From an uncultured Elioraea sp. (GTDB lineage: Bacteria; Pseudomonadota; Alphaproteobacteria; Acetobacterales; Acetobacteraceae), in contig CAZHMM010000001.1 in NCBI GenBank assembly GCA_964533585.1, positions 12,940 through 76,939 on the forward strand: a DNA stretch of 64,000 nt, given 5' to 3'. How positions within the stretch are numbered: the stretch's first letter is position 1; each line of letters starts with the position of its first letter. Below the pieces are notes generated by a model. It was not told the DNA's origin and searched no databases. It saw only the letters and a list, made by a program, of their open reading frames with translations. A program made the position numbers and the translations under genes. Positions 22,644 through 33,032 of this stretch are shown piece by piece.

Positions 22644-24109
22644 TCCGCGGCAACGGCGAGGGGGCGTGCCGCCGTCGCCTGTACGTAACGATGGATTCCG
22701 GTCGCGGCATCGCGGCCGTCGCGGATCGCCCAGACCACCAGCGAGGCGCCGCGCACGATATCTCCGGCGGCGAACACCCCGGGCAGCGAGGTCATCATCG
22801 TGCGGTGCTCGATCTTCAGCGTGCCCCAGCGCGTCAGCGCGAGCTCGGGTGCGTTGAACATTCCGGGCAGGTCCTCCGGGTCGAAGCCGAGCGCCTTGAT
22901 GACGAGATCCGCCTCGAGCGTGAACGAGGAGCCCGGGATCGGCTCGACCTGCTGGCGGCCGGTGGCGTCGGGCAGACCGAGATGCATGCGCACCGCGCGC
23001 ACGCCGGCGACGTGCCGGCCTCCCCTGCCGGCGGAACCGGCCCCCGAATCCAGGAAGGCCTCGGGCGCGGAGAGCCAGACGAACTCCACGCCCTCCTCCT
23101 CGGCGTGCTTCACCTCGCGCATCGAGCCCGGCATGTTCGCCCGGTCGCGCCGGTAGAGGCACCGCACCGAGGTGGCACCCTGGCGCACGGCGGTGCGCAC
23201 GCAGTCCATCGCGGTGTCGCCGCCGCCGATCACCACGACGCGCTTGCCGGCGGCGTTCAGCCGGCCATCGTCGAACGCCGTCACCTCATCGCCGAGACCC
23301 TTGCGGTTCGAGGCGGTGAGATAGTCGAGCGCCGGCACGATGCCGGCGAGCCCCGCGCCGGGGCCGCCGATGTCGCGGGGCTTGTAGACGCCGGTCGCGA
23401 TCAGCACGGCGTCGTGGCGCGCGCGCAACTCGTCGAGGCTGACATCCTCGCCGACCGCGCAGTTCAGGTGGAAAACGATCCCGGCAGCGCGGAACTGCTC
23501 CCAGCGTCGCAGCACGACCGGCTTCTCCAGCTTGAAGTTGGGGATGCCGTAGATCATCAGCCCGCCGGCGCGGTCGTAGCGGTCGTAGATGTGCACGGCG
23601 TAGCCCTTGCGGCGCAGCTGCTCGGCCGCGGCCAGGCCGGCGGGTCCCGCGCCGACGATGCCGACACTGTGCGGCAGCTCCCGCAGTGGCTTGGGCGGCG
23701 CGATCCAGCCGCGCTCCCAGGCGGTGTCGGTGATGTACTTCTCGACCGCGCCGATGGTGACGCTCTCGAAGCCCTTCTCGATGACGCAGTTGCCCTCGCA
23801 GAGCCGGTCCTGCGGGCAGATCCGGCCGCAGATCTCCGGGAAGGTGTTGGTGGAGGCGGCGATCTCGTAGGCCTCCTCGAGCCGCCCTTCCGCGGTGAGC
23901 TTGAGCCAGTCGGGGATGTTGTTCCCGAGCGGACAGTGCACCTGGCAGAACGGCACGCCGCACTGGCTGCACCGGCTGGCCTGTTCGACGGCGCGGTCGG
24001 CGGCGAACTCGCGATAGATCTCGTCCCAATCACCGCGCCGTGCCGCGGCGGCGCGCTTGTCGGGCGTGCGCTGCGGCGTGGAGACGAATTTCAGCATCCG
24101 CTCGGCCAT
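22640..24109 (-). CDS. gltD: Glutamate synthase small subunit
   Basis: RCSQCGVPFCQVHCP, CGRICPQDRLCEGNC, GAGPAGL, GGGDTAMDC, YRR, GDIVRGASLVVWAI. Confidence 0.97.
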   Translation of the reverse strand: MAERMLKFVSTPQRTPDKRAAAARRGDWDEIYREFAADRAVEQASRCSQCGVPFCQVHCPLGNNIPDWLKLTAEGRLEEAYEIAASTNTFPEICGRICPQDRLCEGNCVIEKGFESVTIGAVEKYITDTAWERGWIAPPKPLRELPHSVGIVGAGPAGLAAAEQLRRKGYAVHIYDRYDRAGGLMIYGIPNFKLEKPVVLRRWEQFRAAGIVFHLNCAVGEDVSLDELRARHDAVLIATGVYKPRDIGGPGAGLAGIVPALDYLTASNRKGLGDEVTAFDDGRLNAAGKRVVVIGGGDTAMDCVRTAVRQGATSVRCLYRRDRANMPGSMREVKHAEEEGVEFVWLSAPEAFLDSGAGSAGRGGRHVAGVRAVRMHLGLPDATGRQQVEPIPGSSFTLEADLVIKALGFDPEDLPGMFNAPELALTRWGTLKIEHRTMMTSLPGVFAAGDIVRGASLVVWAIRDGRDAATGIHRYVQATAARPLAVAAE

Positions 24110-24317
24110 GGGGTCCCCGTGTGACATGCGCTGGGCGTTTCCGGCACACGGCCCGAGCGGCGGGGGCGCTTATACGGTGCCTTTGGGGGCTTGGCGAGGC
24201 GGAATCAGCAGATTGAGTCCGCATTGGACCTAATAGCCTGCGCCCCGTCTCGAGAGCTGTCCTGACCGCGCGGACGTTTCGGCTCCGTCAGTGGCAAAAG
24301 GTCCGAAGCGGGCTAAA

Positions 24318-25274
24318 TCAGGCGGCCACGACGCGCGCCGCCCCACGCCGCCGGAACCGGCCCAGGTAGCCTGGCACGATCGCCTCCACCGCTTTCGGCA
24401 GAATGCCGAGATCCGCGAGCGTCAGCGCGCCAGGGGCGACCACGTTGTCCGTCTGCAGCAGCAGCAGCTGATCGCGGGTCAGTGGCGGGTTGGGCAGGAG
24501 TTCGAAGAACCGGGCCTGCAGCCGTCCGACCGACCAGGGCAGCGGCAGCAGCAGCCGCCGGCGGCCGGTGAGGCGCAGGATGGCGTCGAGCAGCTCGCGG
24601 AAGCTGTAGACGCGCGGACCGCCGAGCTCGTAGGTGCGGCCCGCAGCATCGGCGCGGTCGAGCGCGGCCATCACCGCGTCCGCGACGTCGCCGACATAGA
24701 CCGGCTGGAACTTCGTCTCGCCCCCGCCATACAGCGGCAGGGCAGGGAAGAATTGGGCCAGGGCTGCGAAGCGGTTGAAGAACGCGTCCTCGGGTCCGAA
24801 CACGATCGAGGGGCGCAGCACGGTTGCGGCCGGGAACGCCTCCCGCACGGTCTGCTCGCCCTCCGCCTTGGTGCGCGCGTAGGCTGACGGGCTCGTCGGA
24901 TCGGCGCCGATCGCCGAGAGCTGCACCAGCGCCCGCGCCCCGGATGCCGCGGCTGCCCGGCCGATCCGCCCCGGCGCCTCGCCCTGGATCGCCTTGAACG
25001 TGGCCTTGCGCGTCTCGTGCAGGATGCCGACCAGGTTGATGACGACCTCGGCGCCGGAAACCACCGCCGCCACGCCCGCATCGTCGGTGACCGACACGCC
25101 GACCGGCACGATCTGGCCCGGCGCGCCCATTGGCTTGAGGAACAGCGCCGCCTCGGGATCGCGCACCGCGACGCGCACGATATGCCCGCGTTCGGCCAGC
25201 CGCTTGACCACATAGCGCCCGATGAAGCCCGAGCCGCCGAACACCGTCGCGACCTTGCGCCCGCCCGCCTGCAT
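24318..25274 (-). CDS. Complex I NDUFA9-family NAD-dependent epimerase/SDR
   Basis: VFGGSGFIGRYVV, VINLVGIL, YARTKAEGE, RPSIVFGPED, FQPVYVGDVA. Confidence 0.92.
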   Translation of the reverse strand: MQAGGRKVATVFGGSGFIGRYVVKRLAERGHIVRVAVRDPEAALFLKPMGAPGQIVPVGVSVTDDAGVAAVVSGAEVVINLVGILHETRKATFKAIQGEAPGRIGRAAAASGARALVQLSAIGADPTSPSAYARTKAEGEQTVREAFPAATVLRPSIVFGPEDAFFNRFAALAQFFPALPLYGGGETKFQPVYVGDVADAVMAALDRADAAGRTYELGGPRVYSFRELLDAILRLTGRRRLLLPLPWSVGRLQARFFELLPNPPLTRDQLLLLQTDNVVAPGALTLADLGILPKAVEAIVPGYLGRFRRRGAARVVAA

Positions 25275-25346
25275 GACCTGCTCCCGAAGCTGATGGCGCT
25301 TCTGCATTAGGGGCTGGCGCGCCCCGCCACAAGCCGCGCGGCGGCG

Positions 25347-25375
25347 TTGACGCGCGGGGTGGCGGGCGCTAATGC
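25347..25375 (+). promoter_or_regulatory. Sigma70 promoter of tRNA-Leu
   Basis: TTGACG-N17-TAATGC, 22 nt upstream of the tRNA. Confidence 0.65.
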
Positions 25376-25397
25376 TCCGCGCCTCGCCGCACCCGGA

Positions 25398-25484
25398 GCC
25401 CAGGTGGCGGAATTGGTAGACGCGCAGGTTTCAGGTACCTGTGGCCGCGAGGTCGTGGAAGTTCGAGTCTTCTCCTGGGCACCA
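25398..25484 (+). tRNA. tRNA-Leu(CAG)
   Basis: GCCCAGGTGGCGGAATTGGTAGACGCG CAGGT-TTCAGGT-ACCTG, long variable arm, GTTCGAGT, CCTGGGCACCA. Confidence 0.97.
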
Positions 25485-25507
25485 CTCCCCGCGGCTGCGC
25501 GCCCCGC

Positions 25508-26158
25508 ATGGACACGCTGTTCTTGAGCGCAGCCACCATCCACCTGCACCAGCACGACCTGCCCGAGGGGCTTGATCTCGGCCCGGTGGTCGCGGTGGAC
25601 ACCGAGACGATGGGGCTCAACCCGCATCGCGACCGGCTGTGCCTAGTGCAGCTCTCCGCCGGCGACGGCACGGCGCATCTGGTGCAGCTCGTCCCCGAGG
25701 CGCTCGGCGGGCGCGGCTATGACTGTCCGAACCTGAAGGCGCTGCTCGCGGACCCAGCGCGGCTGAAGCTGTTCCACTTCGCCCGCTTCGACGTCGCGGT
25801 GATCCGCCACTTCCTCGGCGTCGACGCCGCTCCGTGCTGGTGCACCAAGATCGCCGCCAAGCTGACGCGCACCTTCACCGACCGTCACGGGCTCAAGGAT
25901 CTCTGCCGCGATCTGCTCGGTGTCGAGCTCTCCAAGCAGCAGCAATCCTCCGACTGGGGCGCGGTCGAGCTCTCGACCGACCAGCTCGCCTACGCGGCCT
26001 CCGACGTGCTGCACCTGCACGGGCTGAGGTCCCGGCTCGAGGGCCTGCTTGCGCGCGAGGGCCGGCTCGGGCTGGCCGAGGCCTGCTTCCGCTTCCTGCC
26101 CGCGCGCGCCGCCCTCGATCTGCTCGGCTACGAGGAGCCTGACCTGTTCGCGCATTGA
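25508..26158 (+). CDS. rnd: Ribonuclease D-like 3'-5' exonuclease
   Basis: VAVDTETMGLNPHRDRLCLVQL, FHFARFD, SKQQQSSDWG, YAASDV. Confidence 0.92.
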   Translation: MDTLFLSAATIHLHQHDLPEGLDLGPVVAVDTETMGLNPHRDRLCLVQLSAGDGTAHLVQLVPEALGGRGYDCPNLKALLADPARLKLFHFARFDVAVIRHFLGVDAAPCWCTKIAAKLTRTFTDRHGLKDLCRDLLGVELSKQQQSSDWGAVELSTDQLAYAASDVLHLHGLRSRLEGLLAREGRLGLAEACFRFLPARAALDLLGYEEPDLFAH

Positions 26159-26249
26159 GCGCGCGCTGCCTGGCCTGAGCGCCGCTTTGCTTTCCCGTTA
26201 ACCGATTCCGCGCTATGGCGGTGCCGGACGCGCAACGGACTGAAAGCGC

Positions 26250-27269
26250 ATGGACCCGGCTGACCTCAATCTGCCCGACCTCGGCACGATCGTCCTGATC
26301 GCGCTGATCCTGCTCGGCATCGTCACGGCGCTGAAGGGCATCCGCCAAGTGCCGCAGGGCGAGGTCTGGACGGTCGAGCGCTTCCGCGCCTTCACCCGGC
26401 TGCTGAACCCGGGGATCAACTTCATCATCCCCTATATCGACACGATCGGCCGCCGTGTGAACGTGCAGGAGATCGTGCTCGACATCCCCGAACAGGCGGT
26501 GATCACGCGCGACAACGCGACCGTCAGCGTCGACGGCATCGTCTATTACCGCGTGATGGACCCGGCCAAGGCGGCCTATGCGGTGCAGGACCTCACCGCG
26601 GCGCTCGCCGCGCTGGCAATGACCAATATCCGCGCGGTGATCGGCGAGATGGACCTTGACGGCACGCTCTCGGGCCGCGAGCGGATCAACTCCCAGCTCC
26701 TCTCGATCCTGGACGGCGCGACCGATCCCTGGGGCGTGAAGGTCAGCCGCGTCGAGATCCGCAAGATCGAGCCGCCCGAGAACCTGATCCGGGCGATGAA
26801 CCTGCAGATGACGGCCGAGCGCGAGCGCCGCGCCACCGTCGCCAAGGCGGAAGGCGAGCGCGAGGCCGAGGTGAAGCGCGCTGAGGGCGCCAAGCAGGCG
26901 CAGATTCTCGAAGCCGAGGGGCGGCTTGAGGCGGCGAAGCGCGACGCAGAGGCGCGCGAGCGGCTCGCCCTGGCCGAGGGGAACGCGACGCGCATGGTCG
27001 CCGAGGCGGCCTCCGGCGCGGGGATGGATGCGCTGCGCTACTTCATCAGCGACAAGTATGTGCGCGCCTTTGAGCGGCTGGCCGAGGCGCCGAACCAGAA
27101 GCTCGTGCTGGTGCCGATGGAGAGTGCCGGGCTCGCCGGCGGCATCGTCTCGGCGCTGGAGATCCTGCGCGGTCCGCCGGAGGGCACACCGCCCGGTGCC
27201 GCGCCTGCGCCCCGGCCACGCCCGCCCACACCGCCTCCGGGGTCCGGGAACCCATGGACGACGGGCTGA
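26250..27269 (+). CDS. SPFH/stomatin-family membrane protein (QmcA-like)
   Basis: N-terminal TM, VPQGEVWTVERF, VITRDNATVSVDG, WGVKVSRVEI, coiled-coil AEGE repeats, Pro-rich tail. Confidence 0.92.
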   Translation: MDPADLNLPDLGTIVLIALILLGIVTALKGIRQVPQGEVWTVERFRAFTRLLNPGINFIIPYIDTIGRRVNVQEIVLDIPEQAVITRDNATVSVDGIVYYRVMDPAKAAYAVQDLTAALAALAMTNIRAVIGEMDLDGTLSGRERINSQLLSILDGATDPWGVKVSRVEIRKIEPPENLIRAMNLQMTAERERRATVAKAEGEREAEVKRAEGAKQAQILEAEGRLEAAKRDAEARERLALAEGNATRMVAEAASGAGMDALRYFISDKYVRAFERLAEAPNQKLVLVPMESAGLAGGIVSALEILRGPPEGTPPGAAPAPRPRPPTPPPGSGNPWTTG

Positions 27270-27676
27270 TCTGGATTCTCGCCGGTCTCGTGCTGCTGAT
27301 GGCCGAGATCGTCGTTCCGGGCGTGTTCCTGCTCTGGATCGGCCTCGCCGCCCTCGGCACCGGGCTGGTCACGGTCGCCTTCGCGCCGGGCTTCGCCACC
27401 AAGGTCGCGGTGTTCCTCGCGCTGCTGGCGGTCGGCATCGGCACCGCGCTGACGCTGCGCCGGCGCCAGAAACCGCAGGTGCGGGTCAACACGCCGGATG
27501 CCGGCCTGGTTGGGCGGATGGGCACCGTCACCGCGCGCACGCCCGGTGGCGCGCGGGTGCATCTCGGTGACTCCGACTGGGCGGCACGCATCGCCGGCGA
27601 GGCCGAGGTCGGCGATACCGTGCGGGTCGATGGCGTCGACGGCACCACGCTCGTCGTGAGCCGCGTCGGGCATTAG
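27254..27676 (+). CDS. NfeD-family protein
   Basis: IWILAGLVLLMAEIVVPGVFLLWIG, LVGRMG, RVHLGDSDW.A, VDGTTLVV; typical partner of SPFH genes. Confidence 0.9.
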   Translation: MDDGLIWILAGLVLLMAEIVVPGVFLLWIGLAALGTGLVTVAFAPGFATKVAVFLALLAVGIGTALTLRRRQKPQVRVNTPDAGLVGRMGTVTARTPGGARVHLGDSDWAARIAGEAEVGDTVRVDGVDGTTLVVSRVGH

Positions 27677-28197
27677 GTCGGTCCGGCCCCCCCACCCGGC
27701 CGGCCGAGCGACTGATCCGCCCAGCCGAACACGGTGTTGCGTTCGATCTCGGCGACGTTCTCCGGCCGCGGGAAGGGGGCCGGCGCCGGCTCGCCCTCCT
27801 CGCGCGGCCGCCCGATCGCGGCGAAGAACCGCTCAAGCCCGCCCGGCAGCAGCACCCAGACGAAGGTCATCGGCCCTTCGCCGGTGTTGATGAAGGCGTG
27901 CCGCCGCCCCTTGCCGATGAACACGGTCGTGCCCGGCCGCGCGGGGTGCTCGGCGCCGTCGAGGCGGATCGTGCCGGCGCCGGCGACGAAATGGATGATC
28001 TCCTCCTGCGCCGGATGATCGTGCTCGCGCACGTGACAGCCCGGGTCGACCGTCTGCATGCCCATCGCGAAGGGAGTGTCGGCGCGCACGACCGACGGAT
28101 CGAGGATGCAGCGCACGAAGCCATTCGCCGGCACCGGCTGCCAGAAGCTGCGCGCCTCCTCCGGCTGGATCACGCGCGCGTCCGTCTCGCTGTCCAT
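27673..28197 (-). CDS. Cupin-domain protein
   Basis: VREHDH..QEEIIH...G.G...LDG...GTTVFI..GRRHAFIN. Confidence 0.87.
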   Translation of the reverse strand: MDSETDARVIQPEEARSFWQPVPANGFVRCILDPSVVRADTPFAMGMQTVDPGCHVREHDHPAQEEIIHFVAGAGTIRLDGAEHPARPGTTVFIGKGRRHAFINTGEGPMTFVWVLLPGGLERFFAAIGRPREEGEPAPAPFPRPENVAEIERNTVFGWADQSLGRPGGGAGPT

Positions 28198-28333
28198 CGG
28201 TCGGTCCTCCCCGTCGCTCAGGCCATCATGCCTCGTCGCTGCCTGCTGCGAGAACCCCGCGCTTCGGGCCGCGGCTTACTGTTGCTTAATCGCTCGGCAG
28301 TAGTCTGCTGATCCCCAGGACCAGGGTGATCCG

Positions 28334-30172
28334 ATGCGCACGCGAGCCGGGCTTCTGCCGCTTCTCGTCGCCGCCAACCTCACGGTTCTCGCATCGGCGG
28401 CGTTCGTCGGCTGGCGGATGACCGACTCCTACGAGGCCGCGTTCGACGCGTTCCGCCAAGCTGCGGCGCAGGAGATGCTCGACGCGCGCATCGCCGCCGA
28501 GCTGTGGGACAGGCATGGCGCCGAGGTCGCGGCCCTCGCCCAGCAGATCGCCGGCGGCCAGGCGCTGCGCCAGGCTGTCACCGCGCGCGACCGCGCTGCC
28601 CTCGAGCCGCTGCTGGGCGAGGAATGGCGCCGCGGCGTCGTCAGTTCGGGCACGATCACGCTGCTCGGCCTCGGCCTCTACGCGCCGGACTTCACGCCGA
28701 TCGCCGCTCGGTGGCGCGCGGGCACCGAACAGCTCGACCCGTCGATCATCGCCGCCGCCTCGCCCCGTCAGGGTGCGGAGCGGCTGCGTACCCTGGCGCG
28801 CAGCTGGCTCTCCGACGGCCAGCCTCGCCTGACCGTGCTCGTGCCGGTCGGCGGCGTCCGCCTCGTCGGCTATCTTGCGGTGACGGTCGATCCCTTGCCG
28901 TCGCTCGCTGGCCTGGACTCGGCGCTGTCGATGGCGCTGACGGTCCGCCGCATCACCGATGGTGCCGCGCTGCTCGCGCCAACCAACGTCGCGCCGCCCG
29001 AGCCGTCGCAGGCCGGGGTGTCCCGTCTGACGCTGCATGGTCTGGACCGCGCCCCGCTCGCCACCGTCGAGGCGGTGGCCGATCTCTCGGCGCTGCGCAG
29101 GACGCTTGGCGGCATCCGCGATGGCGCGCTTGCGACCTTCCTGTCGGTGTCCGGCAGCGTGGCCCTGCTGGCGACGGTGGTGGTTGGGCTGGCGGTGCGC
29201 CGCGCGCGGCAGGCCTCCGCCACGGCTGCCGCCGCGCTCGCCGAGCGCGAGGCCGAGGCGCACCGGGTCGAGGCCGAGCGGACCGAGGCGCAGCGTCGCG
29301 CCGAACAGGAGGCGGCTGCGGCGCGCGAGGCGGAGACACGCCGGATGGCCGAGACGATCCGCGCGCGCGTGCAGGGCGCCGTGCGCGGGATCGAGGCCGA
29401 GGCCGCGACGCTGCGGGCGGCGGCGGAGTCGCTCACGGCCCAGTCGCGCGCGACGCGCGAGACCGCCGGATCGGTCGCGCAGGTCTGCGACGCTGCCCAG
29501 GCCGAGGCGGATCAGGTGGCCCAGGAATGCCGCCGCGTCGCCGAGAGCGTGGCCGCGGTCGCGCGCGGCTGCGCGCAGGCGGCGGAGCGTGCGGCCGGCG
29601 CGGTGCGACGCGCGACCGAGGTCGCTGCCTCGGTCGAGCGGCTGACCACTGCCTCCGGCGAGATCGGCCGCGTGCTCGACCTGATCGGCGAGATCGCCGG
29701 CCGCACCACGCTGCTCGCGCTGAACGCCACGATCGAGGCGGCGCGCGCGGGCGAAGCCGGCAAGGGCTTCGCCGTGGTTGCCTCCGAGGTGAAGCAGCTC
29801 GCTGGCCAGACCGCACGCGCCACCGCCGAGATCGGCACGCGCGTCGCTGCCATCCGCGACGGCACGGGCGACACCGCTTCGGCACTCGCCACCATCGGCG
29901 GCGAGATCCGCGCGATCGATGCCGTGCTGGCCGAACTGGTCGCCACGGTCGAGGCGCAGACCCAGGCAGTGCGCGGCATCGCGGCCGGGGCAGCGAAGGT
30001 CGCCGGCGGCTCGGCGGGCGCGCGTCAGGGCATGCAGACGCTCGATCGCTCTGTCGTCGCCGCGGATGCCGCGGTGGTCGAGGTCGCGCAGGGCATCACG
30101 GCGCTGGGCGAGGAGGTGGCTGCGTTGGATCGCGACGTCACGGAGGTGATCGCCGAACTCAACGCGGCATGA
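28334..30172 (+). CDS. Methyl-accepting chemotaxis protein with a large periplasmic sensor domain
   Basis: Two TM segments flank about 240 aa; signalling motif [37 protein letters not shown]. Confidence 0.93.
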   Translation: MRTRAGLLPLLVAANLTVLASAAFVGWRMTDSYEAAFDAFRQAAAQEMLDARIAAELWDRHGAEVAALAQQIAGGQALRQAVTARDRAALEPLLGEEWRRGVVSSGTITLLGLGLYAPDFTPIAARWRAGTEQLDPSIIAAASPRQGAERLRTLARSWLSDGQPRLTVLVPVGGVRLVGYLAVTVDPLPSLAGLDSALSMALTVRRITDGAALLAPTNVAPPEPSQAGVSRLTLHGLDRAPLATVEAVADLSALRRTLGGIRDGALATFLSVSGSVALLATVVVGLAVRRARQASATAAAALAEREAEAHRVEAERTEAQRRAEQEAAAAREAETRRMAETIRARVQGAVRGIEAEAATLRAAAESLTAQSRATRETAGSVAQVCDAAQAEADQVAQECRRVAESVAAVARGCAQAAERAAGAVRRATEVAASVERLTTASGEIGRVLDLIGEIAGRTTLLALNATIEAARAGEAGKGFAVVASEVKQLAGQTARATAEIGTRVAAIRDGTGDTASALATIGGEIRAIDAVLAELVATVEAQTQAVRGIAAGAAKVAGGSAGARQGMQTLDRSVVAADAAVVEVAQGITALGEEVAALDRDVTEVIAELNAA

Positions 30173-30228
30173 CGGGTCGGGGGCAGAACGCCTCGCACAG
30201 CCAACACGGCAGTCACAGGAGACGAGAG

Positions 30229-30648
30229 ATGAACCGCAGAGTTTTCGCCGCCGCCCTGGTCGGGCTCACGCTCGGCGTGTCGGGCGCGCGCGCCGATGCG
30301 CCGATGTCGATCACCGGCGCGACCACGGTCGACGCCAAGGCCATCATCGCGCTGATGGAGAGCAAGCCCGACCTGGTGATCATCGACAACCGCCGCGCCG
30401 AGGACTACGCGAACGGCTTCATCGAGGGCGCGGTGCGCGTGCTCGACACCGACATGACCGAGGCGGTGCTGGCAAGCCACGTCAAGACCAAGGCCACGCC
30501 GGTGCTGTTCTACTGCAACGGCGTGAAGTGCGGCCGCGCCGCCAAGGCCACCGAGATGGCGGTGTCCTGGGGCTACACCCAGGTGCACTACTATGCGCTC
30601 GGCATGGAGGAGTGGCGGGCGCTCGGCCTGCCGGTCGCCGGCCCCTGA
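30229..30648 (+). CDS. Exported rhodanese-like domain protein
   Basis: Signal peptide MNRR...ARA, LVIIDNR, GFIEGA, VLFYCNGVKCGR, YYALGMEEW..GLP. Confidence 0.88.
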   Translation: MNRRVFAAALVGLTLGVSGARADAPMSITGATTVDAKAIIALMESKPDLVIIDNRRAEDYANGFIEGAVRVLDTDMTEAVLASHVKTKATPVLFYCNGVKCGRAAKATEMAVSWGYTQVHYYALGMEEWRALGLPVAGP

Positions 30649-30654
30649 TCGCGA

Positions 30655-30678
30655 CGGCCCGCGCTTCGGCGCGGGCCG
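30655..30678. terminator. UUCG-tetraloop hairpin between convergent genes
   Basis: CGGCCCGCGC-TTCG-GCGCGGGCCG, a perfect 10-bp stem. Confidence 0.55.
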
Positions 30679-30684
30679 CTTCCG

Positions 30685-32016
30685 CTATGCTGCGGCCTGC
30701 GCCGCAGCGTGATCCCGCAGCACGCGCGCATGCGTGCGCAGCACATCGGCGAAGGCCGCGACCAGCGCGTCGTCGTCCGCTGGCGTCTGCGGCAGGCTCA
30801 GTGTCATGAAGCCGCGCCGCGCCATGTAGATGCCGCGCGCGATCAGCGCCAGATGGATCAGCGCGCGCGCCTCCTTCGCCTCCGGCGCGTCCTCGGCGGT
30901 GGTGATCGCCCGGTCGGTCGGGTGGATGCCGATCATGCTGCCAAGCCCTGTCGCCCGTACCGGCACCTCCGCCGCAACCGCTGCCTCGTTCAGCCGTCCG
31001 CGCAGCCGTTCGCCGCGCGCGAACAGCGCCTCGGCCGCGGCGGGCGTGAACACCTCGCTCAGTCCCGCGTATCCGGCCGCCATCGAGGTGACGTTGTTGT
31101 TGAACGTGCCCGCATGCGCGAAGGCGTCGGGACGGTACGGGTCGTAGCGCTCCATCAGCTCGGCGCGCCCGCCGAACGCGCCGAAGCTGAACCCGCCGCC
31201 GAGATACTTGCCGAAGGTCGTCAGATCGGGAGTGATGCCGAGCAGCCCCTGCACGCCGCCCCGGCCATGGCGCGAGGTCATCACCTCATCGAGGATCAGC
31301 AGGATGCCGTGGCGTGTGGTGAGTTCCCGCAGCCCGCGCAGGAATTCGGGCGTGGCCGGGATCGCACCCGCCCCGCCCATCACCGGCTCGACGATCGCGC
31401 AGGCGAACTGATCGGCGCCCTCGCGCAGCAGCGCCTCGACCGAGGCGAGGTCGTTGTAGCGGGCGAGCGCGAAGTCGAACGGCGCATTGGTCAGCACGCC
31501 CGGCTTCAGCGTCAGCACGCCGCCGTGATAGCCGCCGCGGAAGCCCAGCACGCGCTTCCGTCCGCTCGCCGCGATCGCGGTGACCAGCGCCATCAGGTTG
31601 GCCTCGGTGCCGCTGTTGGTGAAGCGGATGCGCTCGACCGAGGGGAACCGCGAGGCGATCGCAGCGGCGAGCTTCGCCTCGTACATGTTCGGCCCGCCGA
31701 GCACGATCCCGCCCTCGATCGCGCCCTTCGCCGCGGCGACGATCACCGGATGCGAGTGCCCGTAGAGGCCGGCCGAATACTCGCCGAGGAAGTCGCGATA
31801 GCTGTGCCCGTCGAGATCCGTGACGGTCGCGCCCTCTCCTCGCGCGAAGGCGAGCGGGAAGGGCGTGTAGTGCAGCACCGTGCGGGTGTTGCCGCCCGGC
31901 ATCACGGCGGCGGCGGCGAGCGCACGCTCGCGCGAACGGGGGTTGGCCGCCGTGAAGCGCGCCTCCTCCTCGGCGAGGGCATCCGCGAGCGACCAGTTGG
32001 CGGCGAGCGTCGTCAT
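30685..32016 (-). CDS. Class III PLP aminotransferase (GSA-aminomutase-like)
   Basis: MPGGNTR, DLDG..Y.DF, RFTNSGTEAN, LILDEVMT, TTFGKYLGGG, HAGTFNNN. Confidence 0.9.
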   Translation of the reverse strand: MTTLAANWSLADALAEEEARFTAANPRSRERALAAAAVMPGGNTRTVLHYTPFPLAFARGEGATVTDLDGHSYRDFLGEYSAGLYGHSHPVIVAAAKGAIEGGIVLGGPNMYEAKLAAAIASRFPSVERIRFTNSGTEANLMALVTAIAASGRKRVLGFRGGYHGGVLTLKPGVLTNAPFDFALARYNDLASVEALLREGADQFACAIVEPVMGGAGAIPATPEFLRGLRELTTRHGILLILDEVMTSRHGRGGVQGLLGITPDLTTFGKYLGGGFSFGAFGGRAELMERYDPYRPDAFAHAGTFNNNVTSMAAGYAGLSEVFTPAAAEALFARGERLRGRLNEAAVAAEVPVRATGLGSMIGIHPTDRAITTAEDAPEAKEARALIHLALIARGIYMARRGFMTLSLPQTPADDDALVAAFADVLRTHARVLRDHAAAQAAA

Positions 32017-32086
32017 CGGCCAGTCTCCCTCCTGAAGGCGGCAGGATGGCATGCCGGGATCACAGCGCAACCGGAGGAGACCGCCG

Positions 32087-32872
32087 ATGCGGCTTGACGG
32101 CACGATCGCGGCAGTGGTGACGGGGGGCGCGTCCGGGCTCGGCGAGGCGAGCGTGCGGCGGCTCGCGGCGGCGGGGGCGCGTGTCGCCGTGCTCGATCTC
32201 GACGCGGCGCGGGGCGAGGCGGTCGCGGCCGCGGCGGGCGGGCGGTTCATCCGCTGCGATGTCAGCGATACCGACTCGGTGGCCGGCGCGCTGGCCGAGG
32301 CCGAGGCGGCGCACGGGCCGGCGCGCGTCGCCGTCGCCTGCGCCGGCATCGCCCCGGCGCAGCGGCTGGTTCGGCGCGACCGTGCGAGCGGCGCGCCGAA
32401 GCCGCACGACCTCGCGCTGTTCGAGCGCGTGATCGCCGTGAACCTGCTCGGCGCGGTGCGGCTCGCCACGCACGCCGCGGCGGCAATGGCGGCGCTCGCT
32501 CCGCTCGGCGAGGATCAGGAGCGCGGCGTGATCGTGCTCGCCGCCTCGATCGCGGCCGAGGACGGGCAGATCGGCCAGGCCGCCTATGCCGCCAGCAAGG
32601 GCGGCGTGCTCGGCTTCACCTTGCCGGCGGCGCGCGATCTCGCCGAATGGGGCATCCGCGTCGTCAGCATCATGCCCGGGGTCTTCCGCACGCCGATGGT
32701 CGCTGGCCTGCCGCAGGAGGTGCAGGCCGCGCTCGGCGCACAGGTGCCGTTCCCGCGCCGGCTCGGCCGGCCGGAGGAGTTCGCCCGGCTGGTGGCCGAG
32801 ATCGTCGAGAATCCGATGCTGAACGGCGCTGGGCTCCGGCTCGATGGCGCGCTGCGCATGCCCCCGCGCTGA
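32087..32872 (+). CDS. SDR, 3-hydroxyacyl-CoA dehydrogenase type-2-like
   Basis: TGGASGLG, RGVIVLAASIAAEDGQIGQAAYAASKGG, PFPRRLGRPEEF, NPMLNG..LRLDGALRM. Confidence 0.9.
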   Translation: MRLDGTIAAVVTGGASGLGEASVRRLAAAGARVAVLDLDAARGEAVAAAAGGRFIRCDVSDTDSVAGALAEAEAAHGPARVAVACAGIAPAQRLVRRDRASGAPKPHDLALFERVIAVNLLGAVRLATHAAAAMAALAPLGEDQERGVIVLAASIAAEDGQIGQAAYAASKGGVLGFTLPAARDLAEWGIRVVSIMPGVFRTPMVAGLPQEVQAALGAQVPFPRRLGRPEEFARLVAEIVENPMLNGAGLRLDGALRMPPR

Positions 32873-33032
32873 CGCGTGGCGGCGACAGGGCGTTGCCGGA
32901 GCGATGCAGCAAAACGGCGCGGGATTGCGGCGATGCGGCCGACTCGACAAGGACATGACGGGGGGTTTTCGGTTAACTTTATTCCCCTAGAGGCTTGGCC
33001 GCGTCGTGCGGTCTGACGGGAGGCGGTGCTGC

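Noticed and set aside
23028-23055. Gly-rich insertion (GAGSAGRGGR) in GltD
   Set aside because: Falls in a loop that is probably variable; no evidence of function.
26197-32977. GTTAAC sites upstream of the SPFH gene (about 26197) and IOR (about 32972) as CtrA boxes
   Set aside because: Only half-sites; no TTAA-N7-TTAA.
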